Of a stretch of DNA of 64,000 bases, positions 45,622-54,833 are shown piece by piece; position 1 is the stretch's first letter; every line of letters starts with the position of its first letter. The notes beneath the pieces were generated by a model that did not search any database, was not told the origin of the DNA, and saw nothing but the letters and a program-made list of their open reading frames with translations. This DNA is from a virus, in IMG/VR virus record IMGVR_UViG_3300022591_000004, positions 31,669 to 95,668 of that record. One strand, written 5' to 3'. A program made the translations under genes and the position numbers.

Positions 45622-46692
45622 TTAATTGGTCTCCGCAATGACTACGGCCTGGTCTGTGATTAGGCCAAGTCCGAAGATTGAGTACCAAGCAAGTGCGTGC
45701 TCACGACCGAAGTCCAAGATACCGCCATCGCGGAGCTCGACTGGAAGTGAGATTGCGTGACCGAATGCGTTATCTCCAATGAAGATAGCTGAGTAGCGGT
45801 CAGATGAACCATTACCTGTGTAGGTAGCTGGAGTTGTGTAGCCTCCACCAGGAGTTACTGTTGGGTTAGCAACAGCTGTATCAGTGGTGTAGCTAGTACC
45901 TGCGCCACCAGCAACCTTGAGAACCTGTGTGGTCTCAATGAATACTGTGTCGTACAAGCGGCCGATTTCACCGAGCATGAAGTTACCTGGAGCTGCGTAC
46001 TTGGTGACTTCGATGAACTCAGGATTGTCACGGAGCTTGCGGCTCTGGTGTGGGTGAACGAAGGCAACGTAGGTCTCGCCCAACCGAGGGATGTTCTTGG
46101 TTGAGAGTGTCTCAACTGCATCCTTAACAGTGTGGGTGGTGAGGTTGAAGTTACCTGTCATAGAAGCACGTGAGGTGCCCTTTGTACCGTCTGCGTACCA
46201 GTTGTTGACAGCTGACAAACCAGAACGGTCTTCACCGTAGATGGTTGAGGTAGCTGCGTAGAGGGTATCGCGTGAAAGCTGGTCAAGATAGACAGCCATG
46301 TTGCGACCCAAGAGACGTGAAGCAGAGGCCATAACATCATCGAATGATGCGTTGAGCAAGAGCTCAGACACTGCAAGTGCGTAGCCGTGTTCAGCAACAG
46401 TGATTGAGAACTGTTGTGCGGTCAACGCGTTGGTCTGCATGCGGACACCTTCGACAAGCGGTGAAGCGAAGCCGAGGTTGTTGTAACGCATGAAGTTGAT
46501 TTGAAGACCAGGAGCAACACCGAGTTCAGTCTTCTTGACTGCGAACTGCTCGAAGCGAAGGATAGGCATAGCCTGGAACAAGATTTCCTTGGACCAGATT
46601 GTCTGAATCGCTTGAGTCAGCTGGGTGTTGGTACCTGAGTATGCTGTAGGTGCTGCGGCAAGATTGCCTGTACCTGTAATACTTGATGCCAT
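45622..46692 (-). CDS. Major capsid protein (HK97 fold, N4 gp56-like)
   Basis: WSKEIL..A.P.LRFEQFA, HPHQ..LR, GEIGRL..FIET, DFGRE..AWY; follows the scaffold; strong codon bias. Confidence 0.92.
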   Translation of the reverse strand: MASSITGTGNLAAAPTAYSGTNTQLTQAIQTIWSKEILFQAMPILRFEQFAVKKTELGVAPGLQINFMRYNNLGFASPLVEGVRMQTNALTAQQFSITVAEHGYALAVSELLLNASFDDVMASASRLLGRNMAVYLDQLSRDTLYAATSTIYGEDRSGLSAVNNWYADGTKGTSRASMTGNFNLTTHTVKDAVETLSTKNIPRLGETYVAFVHPHQSRKLRDNPEFIEVTKYAAPGNFMLGEIGRLYDTVFIETTQVLKVAGGAGTSYTTDTAVANPTVTPGGGYTTPATYTGNGSSDRYSAIFIGDNAFGHAISLPVELRDGGILDFGREHALAWYSIFGLGLITDQAVVIAETN

Positions 46693-46735
46693 TTAGCTTT
46701 GACTCCTTGATTGGATTGGATTGGGGGGTTTAGGG

Positions 46736-47527
46736 TTATCCGAACAAGCCCTTTGTCTTCCCCTGAGCACCAGGGCTCAAAAGACGACTTCTGTATTTAG
46801 CGTATTCTTGGACAGACATTGACTGAATGTCTTCAGCCGTAAACTGACGATTCTCCGAATTAGTTTCCAGTGGTCCAGCTGCAGGAAGAGTTGTGCTCGT
46901 TCCACGCATTTCTTTACGGGCATTTTGCATTGCTGCTTGTGCCGATTCGAGAATTCTTGCAGAACGCTCCTTAAGATTATCCACACTAGCTTGAAGTTCT
47001 TCGCGGGTATTGCCTGCGATGAGGTCAACAAGTTCAGGAATAATATTGTCGCGTTCTTGGTCTAACACTTGCTGCCGATATTGCTGCAAGTCTGCATACG
47101 TTCTTTCACGCTCCAGAAGAGCGAAGGCACGTTCGCGTTCCTGACGCTCACGCTCCAACTGCTCTGTCCACTCGGCTTCTTTAAGCTTGATTAAGTCCTT
47201 GGCGTCCAAGTCGTTTTCAAGCTTAGCTTTCTGCTTAGCTTCCTTTTCAGCAGCTTCCGCCGCTTCCTTTTCAGCCTTACGAGCGGCCTTTTCTTCTTTT
47301 TCTTTCTTTAGCGCTGCAACTTCTGCCTTCAGTTGGTCTACAACAGGATAAAGCTTATCCTTTTCTTGTGAACGAACTTTTGCAAGGTCGTCCTCAGTGT
47401 AGAACTTCTGTGTAGAAGTCGGTGCTTCCTCAGTAACAGTAGGTGCGTCAACACCCGACACGTTAACTACTGGAGCGGTATTAGCTTCTGCTTCAAAAGC
47501 AGACGCCATGTTCTCTGCAGTACTCAT
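46736..47527 (-). CDS. Capsid scaffolding protein
   Basis: Charged coiled coil between portal and capsid, ending MSVQEYAKYR; SD AAAGGA. Confidence 0.8.
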   Translation of the reverse strand: MSTAENMASAFEAEANTAPVVNVSGVDAPTVTEEAPTSTQKFYTEDDLAKVRSQEKDKLYPVVDQLKAEVAALKKEKEEKAARKAEKEAAEAAEKEAKQKAKLENDLDAKDLIKLKEAEWTEQLERERQERERAFALLERERTYADLQQYRQQVLDQERDNIIPELVDLIAGNTREELQASVDNLKERSARILESAQAAMQNARKEMRGTSTTLPAAGPLETNSENRQFTAEDIQSMSVQEYAKYRSRLLSPGAQGKTKGLFG

Positions 47528-47642
47528 AGCTATATCCTTTGATTCTAGGGGTCGTTGTCCGAAGTGAGAGCTCATATGACCAAACGGTTGTCTTGCTATA
47601 TTTAATTTTTCTCTAACAGCACGAAAAAATCAGGCTAAACCC

Positions 47643-49364
47643 TTATCTTTCGTACTCTTCTGGATTACGACGTTGAGGCAACATCGTTCCATAAGCTTCA
47701 GTGACTAACTTGTTGCGCAAGTCAGCTTCGCCCATATTTGCTTCCGCAAGGGCCTCATCCATAACAGGTGCTACTGGCTGCATAGGTGCTTGTGCTCCAG
47801 CGCTAGAACCAGGTGTAGGTGCTCCTGGCTGACCCATAGGGGCGCCACCAGTACCAACAAGAGAACCTGTCAATTCTGCAATTTCGGTTTCAATTTGAGT
47901 CTGGAGAAGCTTGAGAGCACCATCTGCTGTAGCGTCGTCCAAGAGCTCTTGACGGATTTCATTGAGCTTCTCAGCAGGAAATTCCTCGCCCAAGGTACGA
48001 AGTGCGCCTTCCTTAGACTCCAGACCAAGGGAAAGAAGGGTCTGGATTTCGTTAAGCGCGATTAATTTATCTAGTGGCAGTGGCTGTGGGAACTGTACAT
48101 AGGAACGATAGGTAAGTGGGTCTTGTGGGTCTAGCTTGTCCAGCTGACCCTTCTTAAGCTTCACATCAGTGGTTGGGTCCCAGGTGAAGGTCTCAGGCTC
48201 TTTGACTGCAAGGCTGAGGAGGATGAGCTCATTAACGCGCTCTAATCCATGTGCGTACTGAATAATCTTCTGGTGATAGCGATTCATCAGCGGTTGAAAT
48301 TGGATAGAGAGTGCTACACCAGAAGTATTTGAAATAGGCTGTGCTTGTCCCAAAGCTGTTTCAGGGACACCAATCATTTCGTGCATGGCCTTCTTAAGCA
48401 TTGCTAGGTATTCCATAGCGCCTTTGAGACCCTGTGAACCGCCTTCAAGGTTTTCTACACGAGCGTCTTTAGGAAGACCTCCCCAGACCTTGTTAGCGCC
48501 CTTCTCTAGCTGAGAGGCCTTTGCGCCAATAATGACAGTAACAGGAGCAGCGTGATAATTAACAATATCCGCAATGTCCGTCGCCGTTTCATTATAGGTT
48601 CGGTTAATGTTGATAATATCGTTGCAGTCCGAGAGACCCCAAGGTGAACCAGAGATACGCACATTAGGAATGTGCACAACAGGGATAACACCAAGAGGGT
48701 TCGGGCGAGAGTCAATAAGTTCATCGTTGATGTACTCCTCAATCATGTCATCCGTCAAGATTTCGGTGTACGTAAATACCTGACGCGTGCCTTCAAGCGA
48801 CGTACCCCAGAAGCGATACTTAAGCTTAAAACGAATAAGACGCTCACGGTCGTGAGGATGGAATTCTGGAAAAGCGAACGACGAGTTAAGAGGTAGGATA
48901 CGGACACGTCCAGGGTGAGTGCGCCCAGCAGAATCCACATAAGCTTCTTCATACGCCACCTTAATAAAGCAGTCGCCTGACACTGAGCCTTGCTGTCCGA
49001 TTTCCCACAGAACAGTGGCTTTGTTGTTGTCTACTTCCCATACCCTCTCAAGCAGGTCTGGCACGATTGCTTCCGTTTCTTTCGGGGAACGGAAGGAGAC
49101 CCCTTTGCCGAAAGTGAAGTTAATAACAAAATCAGTAAAGGCGCGATAATAATTAAGGGCAATTTGAGACTCGCCTACTTGACGGCGATAAGAATAGTGA
49201 TGGCCTAAGTACATAGCCCAGTTGAGGCTATAACGGTTTAGACGAGGGCCGTGAACTTCAAATTCTTCATCCGCTAGCTCTACGAGTCCTAACGGGGAGA
49301 TGGAGATTGTTAAGTCGCTTGACGCCGCTCTATACGAGGGGGGTGAAAAGTCAATCGAACTCAC
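47643..49364 (-). CDS. Portal protein (SPP1 gp6-like)
   Basis: NYYRAF.D...F.FG, NPLGVIPVVHIPN, G.SD, SGVAL; position. Confidence 0.9.
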   Translation of the reverse strand: MSSIDFSPPSYRAASSDLTISISPLGLVELADEEFEVHGPRLNRYSLNWAMYLGHHYSYRRQVGESQIALNYYRAFTDFVINFTFGKGVSFRSPKETEAIVPDLLERVWEVDNNKATVLWEIGQQGSVSGDCFIKVAYEEAYVDSAGRTHPGRVRILPLNSSFAFPEFHPHDRERLIRFKLKYRFWGTSLEGTRQVFTYTEILTDDMIEEYINDELIDSRPNPLGVIPVVHIPNVRISGSPWGLSDCNDIININRTYNETATDIADIVNYHAAPVTVIIGAKASQLEKGANKVWGGLPKDARVENLEGGSQGLKGAMEYLAMLKKAMHEMIGVPETALGQAQPISNTSGVALSIQFQPLMNRYHQKIIQYAHGLERVNELILLSLAVKEPETFTWDPTTDVKLKKGQLDKLDPQDPLTYRSYVQFPQPLPLDKLIALNEIQTLLSLGLESKEGALRTLGEEFPAEKLNEIRQELLDDATADGALKLLQTQIETEIAELTGSLVGTGGAPMGQPGAPTPGSSAGAQAPMQPVAPVMDEALAEANMGEADLRNKLVTEAYGTMLPQRRNPEEYER

Positions 49365-49394
49365 TTAATTCCCTCCGACAAATCTAGTGGGTAA

Positions 49395-49430
49395 ACCATA
49401 GCACAATTATCGACAAATCGTTAAAAAGAT
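49395..49430 (-). promoter_or_regulatory. Portal promoter with near-palindromic site
   Basis: ATCTTTTTAACGA-TTTGTCGATAATT-GTGC-TATGGT; aligns ungapped with 51964-51999. Confidence 0.6.
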
Positions 49431-49434
49431 TAAT

Positions 49435-49749
49435 TTAGAAACGCTTAAAGCTTTCGCCATTAATGTTGTTTTTTCCGATTGGCTTGGTTACTTTTTTCTT
49501 TTGCTGCTCTTCTTGTTTATCTTTTGCTTCTTGCACATAATCACGGAATCGAGGGTCTACTTGGCCCTTGTTCTTTACGAACTGTCCGCCCATTTGAGAG
49601 TACTTAGCATGGACCCAGTGGGCCGCTGCAGGGGACGGATACTTAGCGAATTTAGTGCGAGCTTGCATAGTAATCATGTTCCAAAGTTTTGGATTCGCAG
49701 GCGTTTGGTCTGGCGATTCCTTTACTTCTTTACCTCGGATGAGGGCCAT
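49435..49749 (-). CDS. Hypothetical basic protein
   Basis: PANPKLW...KYPSPAA..W...Y...GG.F. Confidence 0.7.
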   Translation of the reverse strand: MALIRGKEVKESPDQTPANPKLWNMITMQARTKFAKYPSPAAAHWVHAKYSQMGGQFVKNKGQVDPRFRDYVQEAKDKQEEQQKKKVTKPIGKNNINGESFKRF

Positions 49750-49773
49750 GAAAACTCCTTAGATACCTCAAAT

Positions 49774-49797
49774 CCCAGCCCCTAAATAGAGGCTGGG
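49774..49797 (-). terminator. Intrinsic terminator-like hairpin
   Basis: CCCAGCC...GGCTGGG inverted repeat after the 132 aa ORF. Confidence 0.55.
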
Positions 49798-49811
49798 TTC
49801 GAGTAGTTAAA

Positions 49812-50210
49812 TTAGTCTTGGACGACTGATGGGTTAAGACGCTGCTGATGTGAACCGTTGCGAACAACTTCTTCGATGCGGTTATCACCATGGTCAGCAA
49901 ATGCACCGTTTGAGAACTCAGTAAGAGTATCTGGTGCTTCTACCCAAGCTGCTGAACCGACGTGAGCGCGCTCGCGCATTGTCTCCTCAGCTGGCTTTTC
50001 AAATACGTTTGCATTACGGTTTGGACGACCTGCTGCTGGGATATAACCCTGCATTGCGCCCTTTGAGAATTCGTTTGGAACATCGGTGTCTGTTGCGATA
50101 CCTTCTTCAAAACGAAGTGGGCCGCGCTGTCCTGGTGTTGCTGGGGACATCTTGCGGTCGTATACGTTGCCAGGACGTTCTGGCATCTTTGGTGCTGGTG
50201 CAATTGTCAT
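49812..50210 (-). CDS. Hypothetical protein (probably virion-associated)
   Basis: 132 aa, SD AAGGAG, high-expression codon usage. Confidence 0.7.
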   Translation of the reverse strand: MTIAPAPKMPERPGNVYDRKMSPATPGQRGPLRFEEGIATDTDVPNEFSKGAMQGYIPAAGRPNRNANVFEKPAEETMRERAHVGSAAWVEAPDTLTEFSNGAFADHGDNRIEEVVRNGSHQQRLNPSVVQD

Positions 50211-50288
50211 TAATGACTCCTTGTTAGGTTGAGGACCTCGTATAAAAGTGTCCTACAAAACAAGCCAATAATCTGGATAAAATACCTT

Positions 50289-51878
50289 TTATCTAAAGAA
50301 CGGGCTTGAGGACACTTCTACAGAGGGCATCGTTAAGTCCATAGTTAACGAGCACGCAATCGCCAAAGAGTCGGCAAAGTCATCGTGGGCATGCGCTTCA
50401 TCAGGGGCATGAGCCAAAAAGTTTGGGCCCTGAAACTTCGTCTCTAGGTCAGACATCTGCTGATAGAAGCGCTTCCACGTACGTAAACGGCGAGTTTTTG
50501 CATGAGCAGGCCATCCCACCATACGACGGTCGATAAGGGCTTTCAGGTGCTTCCAGCGCTTTGACTGCTCAGACTGGCTACTACCAAGTGAATGAACTTC
50601 AGCTCTAGGAAGAAGAATCTTTAGGCGTTGGGCAACTGCGTCACCTACACCGTTGGCATCTACTCCTACCGCAAGAACGTCATAGCTAGATAGAAACTGA
50701 ACTATCTGGAAGTATTGGTCTTCCCAGTCATCACCTTGTAGTTCTAGCCAGTTTAAGATTCTATGGTCAAAATACCCAAACTCATCTGGGCGGTCCCAAT
50801 CCACCCACACTACGGTTACTACTGTGGAGTCAACCTTACGTGCAGGGTCAATACCTACAACAACAGGGGAACGATGCCACGCCTTTACTGTTTCTTGAGA
50901 CGTGTCTCCGAGCTCATCAAGAACGTTAGAGGTGACGAACATACCTCTATCGAGTAACCACTTACAGTTGTATGACATCTGGAACTCATCTGAGTCCTCA
51001 CCAATGCGCAGCATTTCTTTTTTAATGTACTTGCCGTAGTTAGGGCTTACCTTAGCGACATCTTTGTAATCCCACTGAAAATGGTTTTGACGACCACGAG
51101 CGGTTTGACGGCGCCTATTTAACTGGATAGCTCGGTAAAAATTATTCTTATGAGTAGTCGGAGTACCTGTCTTAATCATGGTTCCGTTATACGCCGCGAG
51201 CATAGGAGAGATAGATTTAGAGACTACGAAGTCATCTGCCTCTTGGCACTCATCAATAACAATAAGATGGAACGACTTAGATTCAATCTTTGCACGAGGG
51301 TTAGCAGTCATCATCATAAGAGATGAGCCAGACTTACGAAGTTTAATCTGTCGAGTAACACCAGCTACTTTACCGATAGAGTCATCAATCTCAGGGTCGC
51401 CCAAAATCTCTAGGGCACGCTCAGAAGTCAACCGATTGACGGTACGACCAAATAACGTTTCTACCTGTGTCTCTACAGGAGCAAACATACCTACCCATAA
51501 ACCGTGCTTAAATTTGCCCAAGAGGTCTGGGTAGTGAGGGGCTAGGTGAGGAAGTAGCACCATAAGCGCAGCTACAGTGTTAGCGATAGTCTCTGATTTG
51601 CCTGACTGACGGGCCGCAAGAGCGGTGATTTCTTCACCGTCATTGATAATTACGGACTCGATAATACGTCGCGCTAAAGGTAGCTGGTAAGGGCGAAGGG
51701 CGTGGTCATCCCCTGGCTCAACGCCTACAAGGGCATCCATAAATTGGATAGTGCGGTCGATAAACCGCTGAACAAATTCTTTAGAAAGTTCATCAAGCTC
51801 TTCTTCCTCATCTTCAGGAGGGGGCGACTCGAACTCGTCTAGCTCTTCGTCTTCGTCAAAAAACTCTTGCTCGCTCAT
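50289..51878 (-). CDS. terL: Terminase large subunit
   Basis: RPYQ, ARQSGKS Walker A, IVIDE Walker B, TGTP, GIDPA and HDDFADS nuclease motifs. Confidence 0.95.
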   Translation of the reverse strand: MSEQEFFDEDEELDEFESPPPEDEEEELDELSKEFVQRFIDRTIQFMDALVGVEPGDDHALRPYQLPLARRIIESVIINDGEEITALAARQSGKSETIANTVAALMVLLPHLAPHYPDLLGKFKHGLWVGMFAPVETQVETLFGRTVNRLTSERALEILGDPEIDDSIGKVAGVTRQIKLRKSGSSLMMMTANPRAKIESKSFHLIVIDECQEADDFVVSKSISPMLAAYNGTMIKTGTPTTHKNNFYRAIQLNRRRQTARGRQNHFQWDYKDVAKVSPNYGKYIKKEMLRIGEDSDEFQMSYNCKWLLDRGMFVTSNVLDELGDTSQETVKAWHRSPVVVGIDPARKVDSTVVTVVWVDWDRPDEFGYFDHRILNWLELQGDDWEDQYFQIVQFLSSYDVLAVGVDANGVGDAVAQRLKILLPRAEVHSLGSSQSEQSKRWKHLKALIDRRMVGWPAHAKTRRLRTWKRFYQQMSDLETKFQGPNFLAHAPDEAHAHDDFADSLAIACSLTMDLTMPSVEVSSSPFFR

Positions 51879-51892
51879 ATCATCCTTATATT

Positions 51893-51958
51893 AAAAGCGG
51901 TAAGCCTGGGTCAGAAACCCAGGCCGACCGTTGCCACACGGGGAGAAGGAAGAGGCAA
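51893..51958 (-). ncRNA. Putative small RNA or attenuator leader upstream of terminase
   Basis: Hairpin with pyrimidine-rich loop UCUUCCUUCUCCCC, then a GC-rich hairpin + UUUU; starts just after a -10 box. Confidence 0.45.
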
Positions 51959-51963
51959 GCATT

Positions 51964-51999
51964 AGCATACACTATTTGTCGACAAAACCATAAATAGAT
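51964..51999 (-). promoter_or_regulatory. Terminase/sRNA promoter with perfect 12 bp palindrome
   Basis: TTTGTCGACAAA at 51975-51986; -10 TATGCT. Confidence 0.6.
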
Positions 52000-52000
52000 A

Positions 52001-52273
52001 CTAGCGTGTCGAACGGCGATGTAACTCGTCTACTACAGCGTGAAGTGCTTCTGCCCCTGCCAATGCTTCGTCAAGAAACTGCTGACTACGATGCTTAGAG
52101 AACATAGACATGCAGCGACCTATTTCGTACAAAGAGTTTTCTACCCACATCTCTAGTTCTGTAGTAGGTATCTTAGCTACTCTCTTAGCTACTTTTTCAG
52201 GGAACGGTTTTACCCATGGTTCAGCCTGTTTCTTAAAAATCAATTCCTGGCGCCCCTTCTTCTCGGTGCTCAT
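52001..52273 (-). CDS. Hypothetical protein
   Basis: Likely start MSTEKK; helical. Confidence 0.6.
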   Translation of the reverse strand: MSTEKKGRQELIFKKQAEPWVKPFPEKVAKRVAKIPTTELEMWVENSLYEIGRCMSMFSKHRSQQFLDEALAGAEALHAVVDELHRRSTR

Positions 52274-52523
52274 CCCTAGCTCCCATAGCCCTAATAAGCA
52301 GCAAGTCAACGTCTTCATCTGTTAATAAATGAGGGTCGTCCACTGTCTTGAAGAGGATGCCTGCATAGTAACCAGGCTTGGTAAAGGGCACTCTAAACAC
52401 TAGGCAGTGACCCTTACGGAAGGGGATATCTGTTTCTTGAGTATGTCCAATTTCTACAATAGGCAAAAAGTGCCGATGGTAGTAGTACAGCTTTCCGCCG
52501 TATAGTGGTCCGAATGTTTTCAT
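52233..52523 (-). CDS. Hypothetical protein
   Basis: 96 aa, SD AAGGAG. Confidence 0.65.
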   Translation of the reverse strand: MKTFGPLYGGKLYYYHRHFLPIVEIGHTQETDIPFRKGHCLVFRVPFTKPGYYAGILFKTVDDPHLLTDEDVDLLLIRAMGARDEHREEGAPGIDF

Positions 52524-52531
52524 AACTCTCC

Positions 52532-52984
52532 TTAAGAGTTAAATAGTACCCTAGTTTGCTCAGGCATCATATTAGGGTCAAAGGGCCCCATGTCGTCGTG
52601 GCTATCTAGTCCAGAGGCTGCAAGATAGCGCCCCGTAGAATTGCTGGCTTTTAAATCGTTCCACATATCGACAGGGATATCGTTGTACTCCCACCAAGTC
52701 CCGTCACGAAACTTAACAACGAGCTTCTCTGCTTCTTTGCTATAAGCAAGTTTTAACGCTCTCGGGCGACTGGGATTACTCGTAGGAGCGGTCATGTTGT
52801 TATAGGTAGGGGGAGTGCCGTAAGTATCTTGGTCTTCGGTAATGAATGTAGTCGGCTCTTGAGGGTCCATGATTTCAAAGTCTGCGTACACCTTTTCATA
52901 CGCACGCATGGCAATATTCTGCACACGGTTCAACCTGTCTTGAGAACCTGTGTAGTAGTTCTTTTGCTTTTTAAACTTGGTCAT
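52532..52984 (-). CDS. KTSC-domain protein
   Basis: LAY....LVVKFRDG..WEY.DIP...W......STGRY. Confidence 0.75.
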   Translation of the reverse strand: MTKFKKQKNYYTGSQDRLNRVQNIAMRAYEKVYADFEIMDPQEPTTFITEDQDTYGTPPTYNNMTAPTSNPSRPRALKLAYSKEAEKLVVKFRDGTWWEYNDIPVDMWNDLKASNSTGRYLAASGLDSHDDMGPFDPNMMPEQTRVLFNS

Positions 52985-53241
52985 TATCCCTCGCAGGTAT
53001 GAAAGTCAGTCTCTGTCTCTAGTACTCGCTCAAAGCATGAAGCGCATCGTAACCATTTAGGGGGCACATAATTATTTTGAGCCGTTCCGCCTAGAGGTAT
53101 ATCATCCCCATATTCAGTGGAATCGTAAGCATCAACAATCTCTGGTTCACGAAAGAGCTCGCGTGGAAATGGGCCTCGAGGGTTTGCTACCTTATCTGGT
53201 ACAGGATGAACTTGAACCGCGTTATGGCGGGTCACTTTCAT
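52984..53241 (-). CDS. Hypothetical protein with CxxC...HxC
   Basis: CASC..HTC at the C-terminus. Confidence 0.6.
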   Translation of the reverse strand: MKVTRHNAVQVHPVPDKVANPRGPFPRELFREPEIVDAYDSTEYGDDIPLGGTAQNNYVPPKWLRCASCFERVLETETDFHTCEG

Positions 53242-53420
53242 TTTGGGCTCTTAGGCGCTGTCTTTGGTTTTGTTTGTGTTGGTTCTACCAAAGGGAAGTG
53301 ACCAGCAGATGCGCGGTCACGAAGCCACACAGGAAGGCAAGAGGCGCAATAATTAGCTGGGCTAACGCCTTTATCTGCGTGTGTGTAGTCCGCAGGATTG
53401 TCGCAGTTATCGCATTTCAT
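53238..53420 (-). CDS. Small zinc-ribbon protein
   Basis: CDNC...CASC; leaderless, TGCTATACT 6 nt before the ATG. Confidence 0.65.
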   Translation of the reverse strand: MKCDNCDNPADYTHADKGVSPANYCASCLPVWLRDRASAGHFPLVEPTQTKPKTAPKSPK

Positions 53421-53436
53421 AAGATGAGTATAGCAA

Positions 53437-53462
53437 AAAAGCGGGCACGAATGCCCGCTTTC
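53437..53462. terminator. Intrinsic terminator
   Basis: AAAGCGGGCA-CGAA-TGCCCGCTTT with a U-tract on the minus strand. Confidence 0.75.
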
Positions 53463-53475
53463 CTGTTAAGTAAGT

Positions 53476-53769
53476 TTACGCCTTTGGAGCGTTAGCGTTA
53501 ATGGTCTTAACCGCGTCAGCTTCTGCAGTAGCGATGCCCTGAGCTACAAGTGCCTCTGGGACGCCAGTCTTCTTAGAGATAGCGTTTGCTACGGAGCTGG
53601 GGTTGAGCTTTGCAAGGGCTGGTACTACCAAACCTGCTGCCAAGGCCCAAAGGACAGACTTATAGTCGTGGTGTCCAGGGGTCTTAAGGGTGACACCAAC
53701 AATACCTACTGCGGTACCTGCGGTGCCGTAAATGTAGTGCTCTACATATGCAAGATACTTCTTGTTCAT
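53476..53769 (-). CDS. Holin-like membrane protein
   Basis: Two hydrophobic helices, LVVPALAKLNP. Confidence 0.5.
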   Translation of the reverse strand: MNKKYLAYVEHYIYGTAGTAVGIVGVTLKTPGHHDYKSVLWALAAGLVVPALAKLNPSSVANAISKKTGVPEALVAQGIATAEADAVKTINANAPKA

Positions 53770-53818
53770 AGTTCTCCTTGATAGACGGAAAGGCCGTGGG
53801 CCTGTTCCAATCGTACCA

Positions 53819-54073
53819 TTAAAGACTGTCGTCGATATGCTGCTCGAATCGACCTTCCAGCTTTGCTACCTTCTCCCCAATAGCAATCTGGTCAGTACGA
53901 AGCTCTTTAAGCATAGGGATAATCTCTTTATTAATCTTATCGTGGATGGAACCGCCACCATTAGGGCGCAGCTCTGAAAGGTACTTTTTAACGAGCCATT
54001 TGATACCCGCTGCCGCAGATACGACTATTGCGATTTCAGCTGAGGTAACGCCAATCCATGCGTCAATGCTCAC
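53819..54073 (-). CDS. Membrane protein with coiled coil (lysis-associated type)
   Basis: One TM helix followed by ELRPNGGGSIHD and a coiled coil. Confidence 0.6.
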   Translation of the reverse strand: MSIDAWIGVTSAEIAIVVSAAAGIKWLVKKYLSELRPNGGGSIHDKINKEIIPMLKELRTDQIAIGEKVAKLEGRFEQHIDDSL

Positions 54074-54205
54074 AAAACAACCACTCTCTATAGTAATTTT
54101 ATTATAGAAGTATAGTTGTCCGTGTAAATTTCACATTTAATAGTATCTATTTATACATTATTATCGGCGTGTTTGTATGCGTTAAAATAATATTTGTTGT
54201 TCAAC

Positions 54206-54290
54206 TTGACTTAACCTGTAACTCTCGTGCTACTGTTGAGTACGACAGAGGTGCTAGCGATAGCGCCTTCGCCAACTGAGAGGAGCAGCG
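54206..54290 (+). promoter_or_regulatory. Promoter and structured leader of the transglycosylase-whiB operon
   Basis: TTGACT...TGCTACTGT (19 nt spacer, extended -10); leader hairpin AGGTGCTA-GCGA-TAGCGCCT; SD GAGGAG. Confidence 0.5.
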
Positions 54291-54833
54291 ATGCTCAATA
54301 TCAGACTTAATCTCACGATTAATCTAAGAAAGGTGTTTGCAGCGGGGTTGGCAGGATTTATATTCTTCGCCCACTTGTTGACACCAGCGTACGCACTGAC
54401 AGTATCGGTCAAGGAGTCGTTACGGGAAAAGCCTGTAACAGTAAATCTCGCCTATCTGACAGTAACTACGACCAAGACGCAAGCAAAGCTGGATATTGCC
54501 AGCTCTTCGGTCAAGTACTTTGACCCACAGACGCTCGCCTTCCTCACCGTGTATGCCAAGGGATGGAAACTTAGCGAGTGGTCCTGCCTTAATAACCTCT
54601 GGAACTCTGAGAGCCACTTCAATCCAAAAGCATTGAATATGGGGTCTCGCGCATTTGGTATCGCGCAGTTCTTGCCAACAACCTGGGAAAACTATAAGGT
54701 TGTCAAGACATCAAGTGCGAAGCTACAAATCCAATACGGACTACGATACATTCAAATGAGATATGGGAGAGCATATGACCCAGCAGGTGCATGCGTTGCA
54801 TGGAAGTTCCACCAAAAGAACGGATGGTATTAA
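54291..54833 (+). CDS. Secreted lytic transglycosylase (SLT/lysozyme-like)
   Basis: Signal peptide (PAYA); WSCL..LW..ES.FNP.A..AFGIAQ..QI.YGL.YI..RYG...GWY. Confidence 0.8.
   Translation: MLNIRLNLTINLRKVFAAGLAGFIFFAHLLTPAYALTVSVKESLREKPVTVNLAYLTVTTTKTQAKLDIASSSVKYFDPQTLAFLTVYAKGWKLSEWSCLNNLWNSESHFNPKALNMGSRAFGIAQFLPTTWENYKVVKTSSAKLQIQYGLRYIQMRYGRAYDPAGACVAWKFHQKNGWY

Noticed and set aside
46700-46735. CCAAT x3 repeat upstream of the capsid SD
   Set aside because: Short and low-complexity; most simply an unstructured translational enhancer.
54074-54290. c-di-AMP (ydaO) riboswitch upstream of the transglycosylase
   Set aside because: The leader is only about 50 nt with one hairpin and lacks the conserved ydaO core; the upstream DNA is AT-rich promoter sequence.
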